Assembly: GCA_051313645.2 (NCBI GenBank)
Contig: JBNRSN020000011.1
Location: 163,060,001-163,124,000 of the forward strand
DNA length: 64,000 nucleotides
Source: Centroscyllium fabricii
Taxonomy: Eukaryota
Reading direction: 5' to 3'
Shown: in pieces, positions 1 through 11,625 of the stretch
Position numbering within the stretch: the stretch's first letter is position 1
How the letters are laid out: the number at the start of each line of letters is the position of its first letter
Position numbers and translations under genes: made by a program
The notes under the pieces: model-generated
Seen by the model: only the letters and a program-made list of their open reading frames with translations
Told to the model about the DNA's origin: nothing
The model's database searches: none

Positions 1-97
1 CGCCTCCACATCATAAAAATTGTGGATTCATGTGACTAAAAAATAATTAAATTGCCAGCATTCTGTTGTTCAGCACCTTCAATAATGACAAAAGAAA

Positions 98-304
98 ATA
101 AAGATTTATATTTATAAAGCGCCTTTCATGACCTCAGGACATCTCAAAGCGCTTTACAGCCAATGAAGTACCTTTGGAGTGTAGTCGCTGTTGTAATGTG
201 GGAAATGCTGCAGCTAATTTGTGCACAGCAAGCTCCCACAAACAGCAATGTGATAATGACCAGATAATCTGTTTTAGTGAGGTTGATTGAGGGATGAATA
301 TTGA
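98..304 (-). mobile_element. Deu-domain SINE (SacSINE1/AmnSINE1-like), 3' fragment
   Basis: Reverse complement ends ...GCTGTAAAGCGCTTTGAGATGTCCTGAGGTCATGAAAGGCGCTTTATAAATATAAATC. Homologous to the copy at 63610-63890. Confidence 0.7.
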
Positions 305-469
305 GCTGCTACTAGCTCTAAAATTCACTTTTTTTTCTTCCTTTAAAAAAAAATTCAAACATGTATAATTGCAATAAAAGTAAGATCCCTGAGAAAATTA
401 CACTATCAAAGTAACATAGGCCCATGGCATTAATGTTCACTCACTGAACGTAGATTGTTTACGGTTTCC

Positions 470-700
470 CACATCCTGGAATTTTTAAGTTCCTTACTAA
501 AATATACAAATAAATATAACATACAGGGATAGACTGGGCATATTTTCAAAAGGGAATTGGATAAATACTTGAAAAGGAAATAACTGGCAGGGCTATGGGG
601 AAAGAGCAGGGAAGTGGCACTAATTGGATAATTCAAATAGCCGGCACGATGGGCCAAATGGCCTCCTTCTGTGCTGTATGCTTCTATGATTCTATATGGG
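470..700 (+). mobile_element. CR1 LINE 3' fragment
   Basis: ATATTTTCAAAAGGGAATTGGATAAATAC...GCCGGCACGATGGGCCAAATGGCCTCCTTCTGTGCTGTATGCTTCTATGATTCTAT is the CR1 3' end seen in other copies in this window. Confidence 0.7.
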
Positions 701-834
701 AAATTGGGAGATTTCCAGAGAGCACCTGTCAATGGTTCCGTAGTGCCATATTATTGGGGCCACCCTTTTTTTTGTGAAAATCACTAAGAATCCAGTGCCC
801 TTTTGGGGAACCAGTGTGTACACCTGATAATATA

Positions 835-1146
835 ATATAAGATAAGATAAGAAATAGGAGCAGGAGCAGGCCATTCGGCCCCTCGAGCCTGCTCTGCCAT
901 GCAATAAGATCATGGCTGATCTGATCTTGGCCTCAACTCCACTTTTCTGCCTGTTCACGAAAAACCCTCGACTCCCCTGTCGTTCAAAAATCTGTCTACC
1001 CCAGCCTTGAATGTATTCAATGACTCAGCTTCCACAGATCTCTGGGGTGGAGAATTCCAAAGATTCACGTCCCTCCGAAGGAAGGAATCATCCCCGTCTT
1101 AAATGGGCGAACCCTTATACTGAAACTATGCCCCCTAGTCCTAGAT
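835..1146 (-). mobile_element. CR1 (HER1-like) LINE 3' fragment
   Basis: Reverse complement of the CR1 3' UTR (GGAGCAGGCCATTCGGCCCCTCGAGCCTGC). Truncated where the MITE at 1150 begins. Confidence 0.75.
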
Positions 1147-1149
1147 TAT

Positions 1150-2010
1150 GGGCCAGAAATTCGGGTGCCTGGGACTAGCTGCACCCGCACGGAGTGGGGC
1201 CAATATGCCCCGTGCGATGATCGCACCGGGCATGCCCATGGATCGGAGCTTTCCGATGCTGAGGGAGAAGAGGCCTCAGCATGGAACGCACAAAAGAATT
1301 GCACCCAAAAATCCCGATGTTTTTGGGTGTGATTCTGTGCGTTCATCTGTGGGCAAATGGGCTTCGAGCTGCACGGGAAAAAAGGAGTCGTAACCTGTGC
1401 GTTGGCGAGAGCAGTGCGTTCCTAAACAAGGTAATTGACTTTTTTACCTTTAATTTTAAGTATTTATCAATTTTTGGAGTAATGTGGCCAGATCGCTATC
1501 ATTAAATTTGGCTGTTAAAGTTATTAAAAAAAAATTTAAAATCTAAATTTCAATTGCTATACCTATTCCAAATCGCTTATTTTTAAATTTAAAGTTCTGA
1601 AATTTTTAACTATTTCCTTAATTTAAAAAACAAAGAGAAAAAATCTCTAAGACTTACCTCCATTGAAAAGCTGCTCTGGCCGCGGTGCTCACTGCCGAGT
1701 CTGTGGGTGCAGCAGTGGGCGTGGTCCTAATAACGGCCTCACGTCCCTGCTCTCTAAGAAGTCCGACTGTGAAGCAGGGGACGTTTTTTATTTAAATTAG
1801 GGATCTGTGGGCGGGGCATCACTGCTACGCACGCACGACGGCAGTGCATATACTGCGCTCCTAGCGTGGCTGGACTGCCACGCAGCGCAGGAACGGGGCG
1901 GAGCCAACAGGAAGGTCTGGACGTAAAAAAAGTGAGATGATGGTGCGGTGCTATAGGTGTCCGCATGGTCCTTGCACCCGCACAAACCAGCACACTGGAA
2001 TTTCTGGCCC
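1150..2010. mobile_element. Non-autonomous DNA transposon (MITE), probably PIF/Harbinger
   Basis: 13-bp TIR GGGCCAGAAATTC (1150-1162) / GAATTTCTGGCCC (1998-2010) flanked by TAT on both sides (3-bp TSD). CpG-rich ends, AT-rich middle, no transposase ORF. Confidence 0.7.
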
Positions 2011-2077
2011 TATATATATTTCAGAACAGTTGTTGGCCTTTTCTGTTCAGAGGTAAACTACAATATCTGATTTTGGG

Positions 2078-2450
2078 TCTTCCCTTCTCTTCTTAGGCAC
2101 TCCCTCGGAACCGAGGATGCCTTGCTTCCACATTAAAAATGAGTTTGCAGGTGACTGAAGAGTCCAATGCGGGACCTACACTGTCTCTGTCACAGGTGGG
2201 GCAGACGATGGTTGAAGGGGCGGGTGGGTGGGGTGCTTGGGTTGACGTGTGCGCTCCTTGCGCTGCCTGCGCTTGGCTTCCGCTTGCTCCTGGCGAAGAG
2301 ACTCGAGGTGTTCGGCGCCTTCCCGGATGCTTCTCCTCCACTTTGTGCGGTCTTGGGCCAGGGATTCCCAGGTGTCGATGGGGATGTTGCACTTTTTCGA
2401 GGAGGCTTTGAGGGTGTCCTTGAAGTGTTTCCCCTGCCCACCTGGGGCTC
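2078..2450 (-). mobile_element. RTE-clade LINE 3' fragment
   Basis: Encodes ...CPTCDRD... C-terminus and is homologous to the 3' part of the RTE copy at 23320-24215. (AAG)-like tail at 2078-2093. Confidence 0.8.
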
Positions 2451-2457
2451 TCTTGTC

Positions 2458-2880
2458 TTGGTGGAGCAGTGGATTACAAAAATGTCTTTTTGCTGCTGGA
2501 TTCTGGGTTCAAATCCAGCCTAGACTGAGCTAAGAGAGCTTACCAGCTCTGTCAGTTTTTATCTGTCTACAGGAAACTTAATTAAAATCTTAGCTTCAAT
2601 CAAGGCCAAAAAAATAGCTGAAAAAAACCTGACCATGCTCTTGACACTAACAACAACTCGTGCTTATTCAGAGGCCAGAGAGATGCATTGCCCTTCTTCA
2701 GCATTTGTGATTTTATTCTTACCTCTATACCAGGCCATAGGGAAGGCTGATCAAATGGAAATATACTGGTGCAAAAGAAGCAAGTGGTCTTCTGAGGTTG
2801 GGGTTAAGGCACCTTGTATTTAACCCATGCTGAACCTGACCTGGGAGTGCTTAATGTCAACACTGAGTGCAAAAAGTGCA
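2458..2880 (+). mobile_element. Degenerate tRNA-derived SINE, LF-SINE-like
   Basis: tRNA B-box GGGTTCAAATCCAGCC at about 2505-2520 and 3' segment GTGGTCTTCTGAGGTTGGGGTTAAGGCACC...CCCATGCTGAACCTGACCTGGGAGTG resembling LF-SINE as recalled. Not aligned computationally. Confidence 0.4.
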
Positions 2881-4399
2881 AAATGTTCCATTTCTCAGCG
2901 TGGATATCAACACGTTCTCTCGCACACATCGCTCTCATACACATACAATTCCACAGAGTTTCGGCATACGTATTTATTTTGAAACCACCATGTGGAAATT
3001 GCACCTTTTCTTAATTCGAATCAAATTGGGAGGAAACTGCAACCTAATAGTAGATGTGGATCTAATCATACTTAATCTGGTTTGATTTGGATTATGAGCC
3101 AGGTAAATAGATACTTCAAAATGAAGTCAGTAAATAGCATAAAAAGCAACAGCATCACAATACAGTGAAAGTGCTTCCTTTATGATAATTGTCTTGATAT
3201 CTAACACTATGCTCATGAACTATGACACTACTTTACATGGAAACTTCCTTCGATCACTGATTTATTAGTGGAAGTGATAGTTGAAGAAATCAAGATAATT
3301 TGGAATCATCATGATCTAAATTCAGCTTGCATGAGTCGGCGATTGTGTGTTGAGTGTCAAAATTGAATTGAATTGCAATTTATTAGAAGACCTTAAGACA
3401 TAGATGCAGATCATGATGTAAGTACCTGTATACATAATATTGATTGCAGACAAGATTATGTCTACAATCCAGGCTTTCAGCAAGTTATCTTTTTTGTCAA
3501 AAGATTAGCTGTTTGAAATTTTTACCCTTGTTAAATTTAAAGACTAAACACAACTAAATGCATGGACTGATTTTATGACAGCAGACAGGAAATGATTTGG
3601 ATTTTTATACACTTCACGGAGGGTTCTACTCACAGCCAGCTATTCAGTCATGTGAAGTCTATTGTACTTGTACTCTATTAGCCCCCAGACTAATGAGGCA
3701 TTTTCAGCCCCTTTGTACCCAGTGACAACAACCTTTGACCTGTCTTAGCTGTCATGGGAGTTTCGATTCACCGTACGAGTTTGGACATAACATGGAGAGA
3801 TTTTTTGTGCTAGATGTTGTTTCCCTGGAGTCCACCTAACATTTTCCGCTTTTCGTGTAGAAGTGCACTTCTGTGGCGGCCCTTACTGAACTGATGGACA
3901 TAAGAGGGCTGCTCACAGTCCTTGTTAAATGGAGTTATCTCTAAGGTCTTACCACAGATATGTTCTAGTAAGATGTGTTCACTCCCACCCTGCCCCCACC
4001 CCACTCCCACATTTCAAAACGGTGTTCAGAAAAGTACTTCACTTTTATTATCAGGTTAACTTGCTCTAAATATATGTTAAATATGCAACTCTTTAAAATT
4101 CCAGTACTATTTGATTTATTTGAAGAATCTGAGATGATGCTGGACTTTAATGTTAATTCTCAGCACTAACTTTAGGTAATACCTTGTAAATCTCAAGTGT
4201 AGATCTTATGTAAGTAATTTTATCCAAATTTTTCTATATTACAATGTATATGAATAAATACAAAAACAATATTACAAGATCGTGCAGTTTCATTTTATTT
4301 GCTACTGTGCAGAGGAGTTAGTACTGAAATATATACAGTAAACAGTCAACTCCTCTTCAGACAACATAGAATTACATAGCAGCACAGAAACAGGCCATC

Positions 4400-5848
4400 C
4401 GCTGGCTGGCTAGGCCTGCATTTAGTGCCCATCCCTAATTACCCTTGAGAAGATGGTGGTGAGCCGCCTTCTTGAACCGCTGCAATCCATATGGTGTAGG
4501 TACACCCACAATGTTGTTAGGAAGGGAGTTCCAGGATTTTGGCCCAGCGACAGTGAAGGAACGGCGATACAGGTCCAAGTCAGGATGGTGTGTGGCTTGG
4601 AGGGGAAGTTGTAGGTGGCGCTGTTCCCATGCGTCTGCTGCCCTTGTCCTAGAGGTCGCGGGTTTGGAAGGTGCTGTTGAAGGAGCTTTGGCGAGTTGCT
4701 GCAGTGCATCTTGTAGATCATAGAATCATAGAATCACAGAATCCCTACAGTGCAGATAGAGGCCATGTTGGCCCATCGAGCCTGCACCGACACATATCCC
4801 ACCCTATCCCCGTAACCCCAAACATCTAATCCCCCTAACTCTAAGGGTCAATTTATCCTGGCCAATCAACCTAACCCGCACATCTTTGGACTTAGATTAA
4901 AATATTCTGTATCTGTATGAAGTGCTAGTTTTATGCTTTTTTAAACAGCTTTATCAATTTGGTACACACTGCAGCCACAGTGCGCCGGTGGTGGAGGGAG
5001 GGAATGTTGAAGGTGGTGGATGGAGTGCCAATCAAGCGGCCTGCTTTATCCTGAATGGTGTCGAGCTTCTTGAGTGTTGTTGGAGCTGCACTCATCCAGG
5101 CAACTGGAGAGTATTCCATCACACTCCTGACTTGTGCCTTGTAGATAGTGGAAAGGCTTTGGGGAGTCAGGAAGTGAGACACTCGCCGCAGAATTCCCAG
5201 CCTCTGGCTTGCTCTTGTAGCCACAGTATTTATATGGCTGGTCCAGTTCAGTTTCCGATCAATGGTAACCCCCAGGATGTTGATAGTGGGGGATTCAGCA
5301 ATGATAATGCCATTGAGTGTCAAGGGGAGATGGTTAGAGTCTCGCTTGTTGGAGATGGTCATTGCCTGGCACTTGTGTGGTGCGAATGTTACTTGCCACT
5401 TGTCAGCCCAAGTCTGAATGTTGTCTGGGTCTTGCTGCATATGGACATGGACACGGACTGCGTCAGTATCTGACGTGTCTTGAATGGTGCTGAACAGTGT
5501 GCAATCATCAGCGAACATCCCCGCTTCTGACCTTATGATGGAGGGAAGGTCATTGATGAAACAGCTGAAGATGGTTGGGCCTAGGACACTGCCCTGAGGA
5601 ACTCCTGCAGTGATGTCCTGTGGTTGAGATGAATGACCTCCAACAACCACAGCCAACTACTTTGTGCTAGGTATGATTCCAACCAATGGAGAGTTTTCCC
5701 CTTGATTCCTATTGACTTCAGCTTTGCCAGGGCTCCTTGATGCCACACTCAATCAAATGCTGCCTTGATGGCAAGTGCAGTCACTCTCACCTCACCTCTT
5801 GAGTTCAGCTCTTTTGTCCATGTTTGGACCAAGGCTGTTTGGACCAAG
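4400..5848 (-). mobile_element. CR1-group LINE, 5'-truncated RT fragment
   Basis: ORF 4931-5656 has [10 protein letters not shown] and FADD RT motifs. Near-identical to 51470-52700. Interrupted at about 4718-4959 by a SINE fragment plus an AT-rich filler. Confidence 0.9.
4718..4892 (-). mobile_element. HE1-type SINE 3' fragment nested in the LINE
   Basis: (CATAGAAT)n tail and CCTAACCCGCACATCTTTGGACT body shared with the other HE1 copies. Confidence 0.75.
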
Positions 5849-5849
5849 A

Positions 5850-6215
5850 CCTTGCCCCTCCCTAGCACTGTAATTTCCTCCAGAGCCCCACAACCCCCTG
5901 AGATATCTACACTTCTCTAATCCTGCCCTCTTGAGCATCCCTGATTATAATCGTTCAGCATTGGCGACTGTGCTGTCAGCTGCCTGGGACCTAAGCTCTG
6001 GAATTCCCTCCATAAACCTCTCCGCCTCTCTACCTCTCTTTCCTCCTTTAAGACGTTCCTTAAAACCTACCTCTTTGACCAAACCTTTGATCATCTGCCC
6101 TAACATCTCCTTATGTGGCTCAGTGTCAAATTTTATTTCATAACGCTCCTGTGAAGCACCTTGGGATGTTTTACTACGTTAAAGGTGCTATATAAATGCA
6201 AGTTGTCGTTGTTGT
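5850..6215 (+). mobile_element. L2 LINE 3' end
   Basis: CTAAGCTCTGGAATTCCCTCC...AAAACCTACCTCTTTGACC...GCACCTTGGGATGTTTTACTACGTTAAAGGTGCTATATAAATGCAAGTTG, typical L2 C-terminus and 3' tail. Confidence 0.7.
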
Positions 6216-6976
6216 ACTTACTATAAAACAAGGAGGCTTGTACGTTGCACACAGTTTCAAATATACATACTGTATTGTGAGCAACGAAAAACACAATACT
6301 CATTTAAAATAGACAAATTAGGTGTGACAGTTAGAAGCCACATTAAGAAACCCCTTTAGCCCTAATGATAAGGCTATATGGTGTTACATAAGGTGGTGTA
6401 TCAGTTTCATTGCATGAATAGAGTATTGACACATTCTGAAGCTTTTGTTGTGTGACTATAGGCTATTAATGGGTGATTAATGGAACAGACAACAGCACAA
6501 AAGGGGTACAAGGTCACCTTAAATCACTATGGTGCACTGCAGCTGAAAAGCGACATATTCATAGGTGAAACAGCAGTGTTGTTATTTGAGAATTTAGTGC
6601 CATAGGAATAAATAGGGTAAAATCCACACGTGGATGAAATTTACTCCTGAACAGAACTGGTTCTTTCAGGTATCTTCTTAAGTGCAGCAAGAGAGACAAC
6701 ATTTTGGGTTTCTTTCGAGCTTTGTTTTGGCTTCACATTTCGAGGTCTTTAAATGTAGGTGGTAAGGAAGCCAATCGCCCTGGCCAGTGAGAAAGTTTAT
6801 TGAGATTACCAGGATCCTGCCACAGATCCCTACAGTCGATCTAGGGAACAGATGAATACAGCCATCTTATGCAACTGCCAAAGACTGAACAGTCCATATA
6901 CAAATGCCAGGGAAAGCCGGCAATAGATAGCCCATATTCAATTCAATTCAATTTAATTCAAGTTTTATTGTCATTG

Positions 6977-8431
6977 AGACGTATAAAATTCTGAAAGGTC
7001 TGGACAGGTTAGATTCAGAGAGAATGTTTCCAATGGCGGGGGAGTCCAGAACCAGGGGCCATGGTCTAAGAATAAGGGGTAAACCATTTAGGACAGACAT
7101 GAGGAAGAATTTCTTCACTCAGAGTGTAACGTTTGGGTGGTGGGGCCCAAATGCGAGACACTGAGACAACTGTCTAGAGCCAAAAAACTCCTTTATTTCA
7201 TATAAAAAGCAGAAACATAACTAAATACATCCATACATACAAATAATATACATATAAAACAAGTCTTCCTCTGAAAACTGGAACAAGCTTAATTTTGAAC
7301 TGAACCCTCAGGACACTCAGCAAAGAGCATCCTCATAACAGAAAGGGCCTCATTGTAGTAAGAATGAAATGTCCAAAACTGAGTTCAGGTGATTGAGAGC
7401 AATGTCCAACTGAACCCTCAGGACACTCGGCAAAGAGCATCCTCAGCAATGTCCAACTGAACCCTCAGGACACTCGGCAAAGAGCATCCAGCAATGTCCA
7501 ACTGAACCCCCAGGACACTCGGCAAAGAGCATCCTCATAACAGAAAGGGCCTCATTGTAGTAGGAATGAAATGTCCAAACCTGAGTTCCGGTGATAGAGA
7601 GCAATGTCCAGAATGTAGAAATGGAATTCTCCAGAGTCCTGTCCATCGCAGGGACTCACTCCAACCTGGGTCTTCAGAAGGAGAATCCATTATCCACAAG
7701 CAGGGGAACGCCCCACATACACAGCCTCCACGGAGCTACTGAGTTCAGGTGATAGAGAGCAAAGTCCAGAATGTAGAAATGGAATGTCCAAACCTGAGTT
7801 CAGGTGATAGAGAGCAATGTCCAGAGTGTAGAATTAGGAATTCTCCAGAATCCGCTCCACAGCGGGGACTCACTCTCACTGAGTTTTCTGAAGGAGAATC
7901 CATTATCCACAAGCACATTGCCTCCCATGGAGCTAGGACAGCACCTCTGTGTGTCCTAGTTGTTGCTAAGTTGTTGCTAATGATCCGGCCATATCCTCTT
8001 GCTAACCCAATGCTTAAATACTTATCAAGCTAATGAGTAATTAGCTCAGTCCCCTTAATGCATAAAACAATCAACGAGGTACAAACAGGTGTATTGCACT
8101 CGTAAACGAGGTATTTTCAATGCTTAAAGGGAAAGGCACCAGAATTTAAAGGGGAATTCCTTAAAGAGGAATCCACCCGGTGACACAGAGAGTGGTGGGC
8201 CTGTGGAATTCCTTGCCACAGAGGGCGGTGGAGGCCAGTTCATTAAACATATTCAAGAGGGAATTGGATATATTTCTTCAAGCTAAAGGGATTAAAGGTG
8301 GCGGAGAAAAGGCGGGGACGGGGTACTAGCTTGCTAAAGATCAGCCATGATCTCATTGAATGGCGGAGCAGGCTCGAAGGGCTGAATGGCCTACTCCTGC
8401 TCCTATCTTCTATGATTCTATGATTCTATGA
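6977..8431 (+). mobile_element. CR1 LINE 3' fragment split by a solo LTR
   Basis: TATAAAATTCTGAAAGG...AATTTCTTCACTCAGAG | AGTGGTGGGCCTGTGGAATTCC...(CTATGATT)n tail. Confidence 0.85.
7125..8185 (-). mobile_element. Solo LTR (1061 bp) with internal tandem repeats
   Basis: TGTAAC...GTGACA termini and exact 5-bp TSD CAGAG (7120-7124, 8186-8190). AATAAA on the minus strand near 7192-7197. Confidence 0.85.
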
Positions 8432-9676
8432 TTGCAGAGTACTAGTACAATACAACGAGACGAAGACTCGACGCTCCCGAGAGTAGTGCAAATAAATTAC
8501 ATGCAAATTGCATACAGTAAAGTACATTATCAGGCGTGCAGGTACCGGAGTTTATTTTTAGAGTTCAGGAGGCTGACAGCCCTGGGGAAGAAGCTGTTCT
8601 TAACTCTAGTCGTGCGGGTGCGAATTGATCTGTAGCGTCTCCCGGAGGGCAGGGGGGCGAACAGACTGTGGCTGGGGTGTGTGGGGTCTTTAATAATGTT
8701 CAGAGACCTCCGTAAGCAGCGTTTGAGGTAGATGCTTTCCATTGACGGTAGCTGGGTACCGGTGATTCGTTGGGCAGTTTTGACTACCCGCTGCAGGGTT
8801 TTCCGGTCCAAGATAGTGCAATTTCCATACCAGACAGTGATGCAGCTTGTCAGTATGCTTTCTATTGTGCAGCGGTAGAAGTTGGAGAGGATGCCGGATG
8901 ACAGCCTGGCTTTCTTCAGCTTCCTTAGGAAGTACAGGCGCTGTTGGGCCTTCTTAACCAGAGAGGAGGTGTTTCGTGACCAGGAGAGATCTTCCGAGAT
9001 GTGGACCCCGAGGAACTTGAAGCTGGACACCCTTTCCACCTCAGCCCCTTGGATGAAGATGGGGGTGTGTATTCTGCTTCCAGTCCTCTGGAAGTCCACT
9101 ATGATCTCCTTAGTTTTCTTGGTGTTCAGTGCCAGGTTGTTGTCGGCACACCAACCCACAAGGCGCTGGATCTCATCCCTGTAGGCTGACTCGTCGTTGT
9201 TGGTGATCTGGCCAACCACCGTGGTGTCATCCGCCAGTGACAGGTTGAAGATGTCAGTGAAGACATCAGCCAGTTGGTCGGCACATTCTTTGAGTGCCCG
9301 GCCGGGGATGCCATCAGGACCCGCGGCCTTCCGTGCGTCCATGCTGCTGGATCTGCAGGGAAATTGAATGTTTACGCATCGCTGGATTGGTAGGGGTGGG
9401 ATCCACTCCCATCTGTACACTCATACGTGCATTGGCGCAATTGGATTTGACTACTCCTCCAAAACTTGCTGCTGTTTGTCTGTATCCAGGCTCACTGAGG
9501 GCACAGCTTTCATGCCACTTGAGTCACCATGGTGTAAGAGTGATGGCAGAGGAAACTTATAATGGTGGAAAGAATGGGCTGTCTGCACAAGCAGACCACC
9601 AATTTTAAAGTCAAGCATGAGTTCCAAATCAGCTCAATTTTGCAGAAGATAGACATTCATGAACTCACCCAAAATG

Positions 9677-10250
9677 GCCATCTTGAGTATTGTGTGCAGT
9701 TTCGGTCGCCTTATATAAGGAAGGATGTTCTTGCCATGGAGGGAGTGCAGCAAAGTTTCACCAGGCTGATACCTGGGATGGCAGGAATGAGATATGAAGA
9801 GAGATTGGGTCGATTGGGCTTGTACTCGCTGGAGTTTAGAAAAATGAGAGGGGATCTCATTGAAACTTATAAAATTTTAACAGGACTGGACAGACTAGAT
9901 GCAGGAAGGATATTCCCGATGGTGGGGGAGTCCAGAACCAGGGGTCACAGTCTAAGGATAAAGGGCAAGCCATTTAGGACAGAGATGAGGAAGAATTTCT
10001 TCACCCAGAGAGTGGTGAACCTGTGGAATTCTCTACCACAGAAGACATTAGAGGCCAATTCATTAAATATATTCAAGAAAGAGTTGGATATATTTTTTAA
10101 GGCTAAAGGGATCAAGGGATAGGCGGAGAAAGCAGGGACAGGGTACTGAATTTGGATGATCAGCCATGATCAGATCGAATGGCGGAGCAGGCTCGAGGGG
10201 CCGAATGGCCTACTCCTGCTACTATCTTCTATGTTTCTATGTTTCTATGG
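9677..10250 (+). mobile_element. CR1 (HER1-like) LINE 3' fragment
   Basis: HLEYCVQF..YEERLGRLGLYSLEFRKMRGDLIETYKIL..FFTQRVVNLWNSLP and (TTCTATGT)n tail. Confidence 0.9.
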
Positions 10251-11231
10251 CCCAGTTTTGGTCACTTGAATTCAGAATTCAGCTCAGCTCTCATACTTAT
10301 AGGATAACTTATTTTCAACATTTTTTCCAGTGTTTTGTTTCTACCACACAGATTGTTTGCTCACTACTAAAGCGCTGTCTGTAGCATTTTAAGCCCATAA
10401 ATCTGAGAACAAATGTAGAAAATCTGTGACAAAAGCAGAGTTTTCATTGTGTGCGAAATGCGATCATTTGTAGAAGTGTGTTTTTGGAATAACCAGAGTT
10501 AAGATGAAAGTTGCCTTTCCTTATAAACGACAAGATGGAGACTGGACACCAGCTGCCTGCAGGAATGTAGCCAGGTTCTGTGATCTGTAGAGCATCCAAG
10601 ATGTGGATCATTTAGCCTGGTGCTCATGCTCATCTAATTATACTTAGTCAAAGCATTGATAAATATGTGCGCCTGGTGGTCCCTGGCTCAGTAGGATCAG
10701 TGGTGGAAGGCATGGAAATGAGGTAAATTTGGTGGGCCCCACTTCCTGCCTTCATTTACACATGGCGGGCAAGAAAAGGATGGCCGATGGCCTTCCCAGG
10801 TGGGGACGGATGAGGAAAAGAGAGATTAGGACGAGAACACAAAGGTAGGCCTTGCCACCTGATTTCCTTGCATTATTAATTGCTGCCTAATATGGAGTGG
10901 TAGAATGGAGGAAAATCCAGGCCTTGACTTTGTGCTGACCTAGAAATTTCCAACAACCGTTGTTTGAACATCACATCGCGAAGCTTCTGAAAGACTGTTT
11001 CTTCCAAAAGCTTTGTGGATTATCAGACTGTACAAGACATGTATTTGGAAGTTGATATTTTAACTTTTATGAACAAATTCAATCTTTCTGTTGGCTAAGT
11101 ATTTGTAGTACCAGCGGTATCCTGCTGGTGTTCTGTCTCTGTGTGATTGTCTTACTTGTAAATAAATCTGACAATTACTTTTAGCCTGAACGAAAAGGTC
11201 TGACAGTGCGCTATTTACTGTGTTTCACTGT

Positions 11232-11625
11232 GGGCGGCACGTTGGCACAGTGGTTAGCACTGCTGTCTCACAGCACTGGAGACCCGGGTTCAAATCCGGC
11301 CTCGGGTGACTATCTGTGTGGAGTTTGCACATTCTCCCCGTGTCTGCGTGGGTTTCCTCCGGGTGCTCCGGTTTCCTCCCACAGTCCAAAGATGTGCGGG
11401 TTAGGTTGATTGGCCATGATAAATTGACCCTTAGTGTTAGGGGGATTGAATATGTGGGGTTACGGGGATAGGGTGGGATGTGTGTCGATGCAGGCTCGAT
11501 AGGGATATGGGGAGAGGGCAGGGGTGGGGTACTGGGTTTGGATGATCAGCCATGATCTCATTGAATGGCGGAGCAGGCTCGAATGGCCTATTCCTGCTCC
11601 TAGTTTCTATGTTTCTATGTTTCTA
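11232..11625 (+). mobile_element. HE1-type V-SINE, full length
   Basis: tRNA head (TGGCACAGTGG; GGTTCAAATCC), V-domain (TTCTCCCCGTGTCTGCGTGGGTTTCCTCCGGGTGCTCCGGTTTCCTCCCACA) and CR1-derived tail. Confidence 0.9.

Larger units (their letters stand above)
6937..9345 (-). mobile_element. Rex1/Babar-type LINE, internally deleted, 3' UTR split by CR1 and LTR insertions
   Basis: ORF 8530-9420: [55 protein letters not shown]. Tail AATAAA+(TTGAA)n at 6937-6976 joins 8432 once the inserts are removed. Confidence 0.85.

Noticed and set aside
69-90. REST/RE1 site (TTCAGCACC)
   Set aside because: Only the left half-site is present; the GGACAG half is missing.
11232-11305. tRNA genes at SINE heads
   Set aside because: The A/B boxes belong to HE1 SINE heads continuous with the V-domain, not to stand-alone tRNAs.
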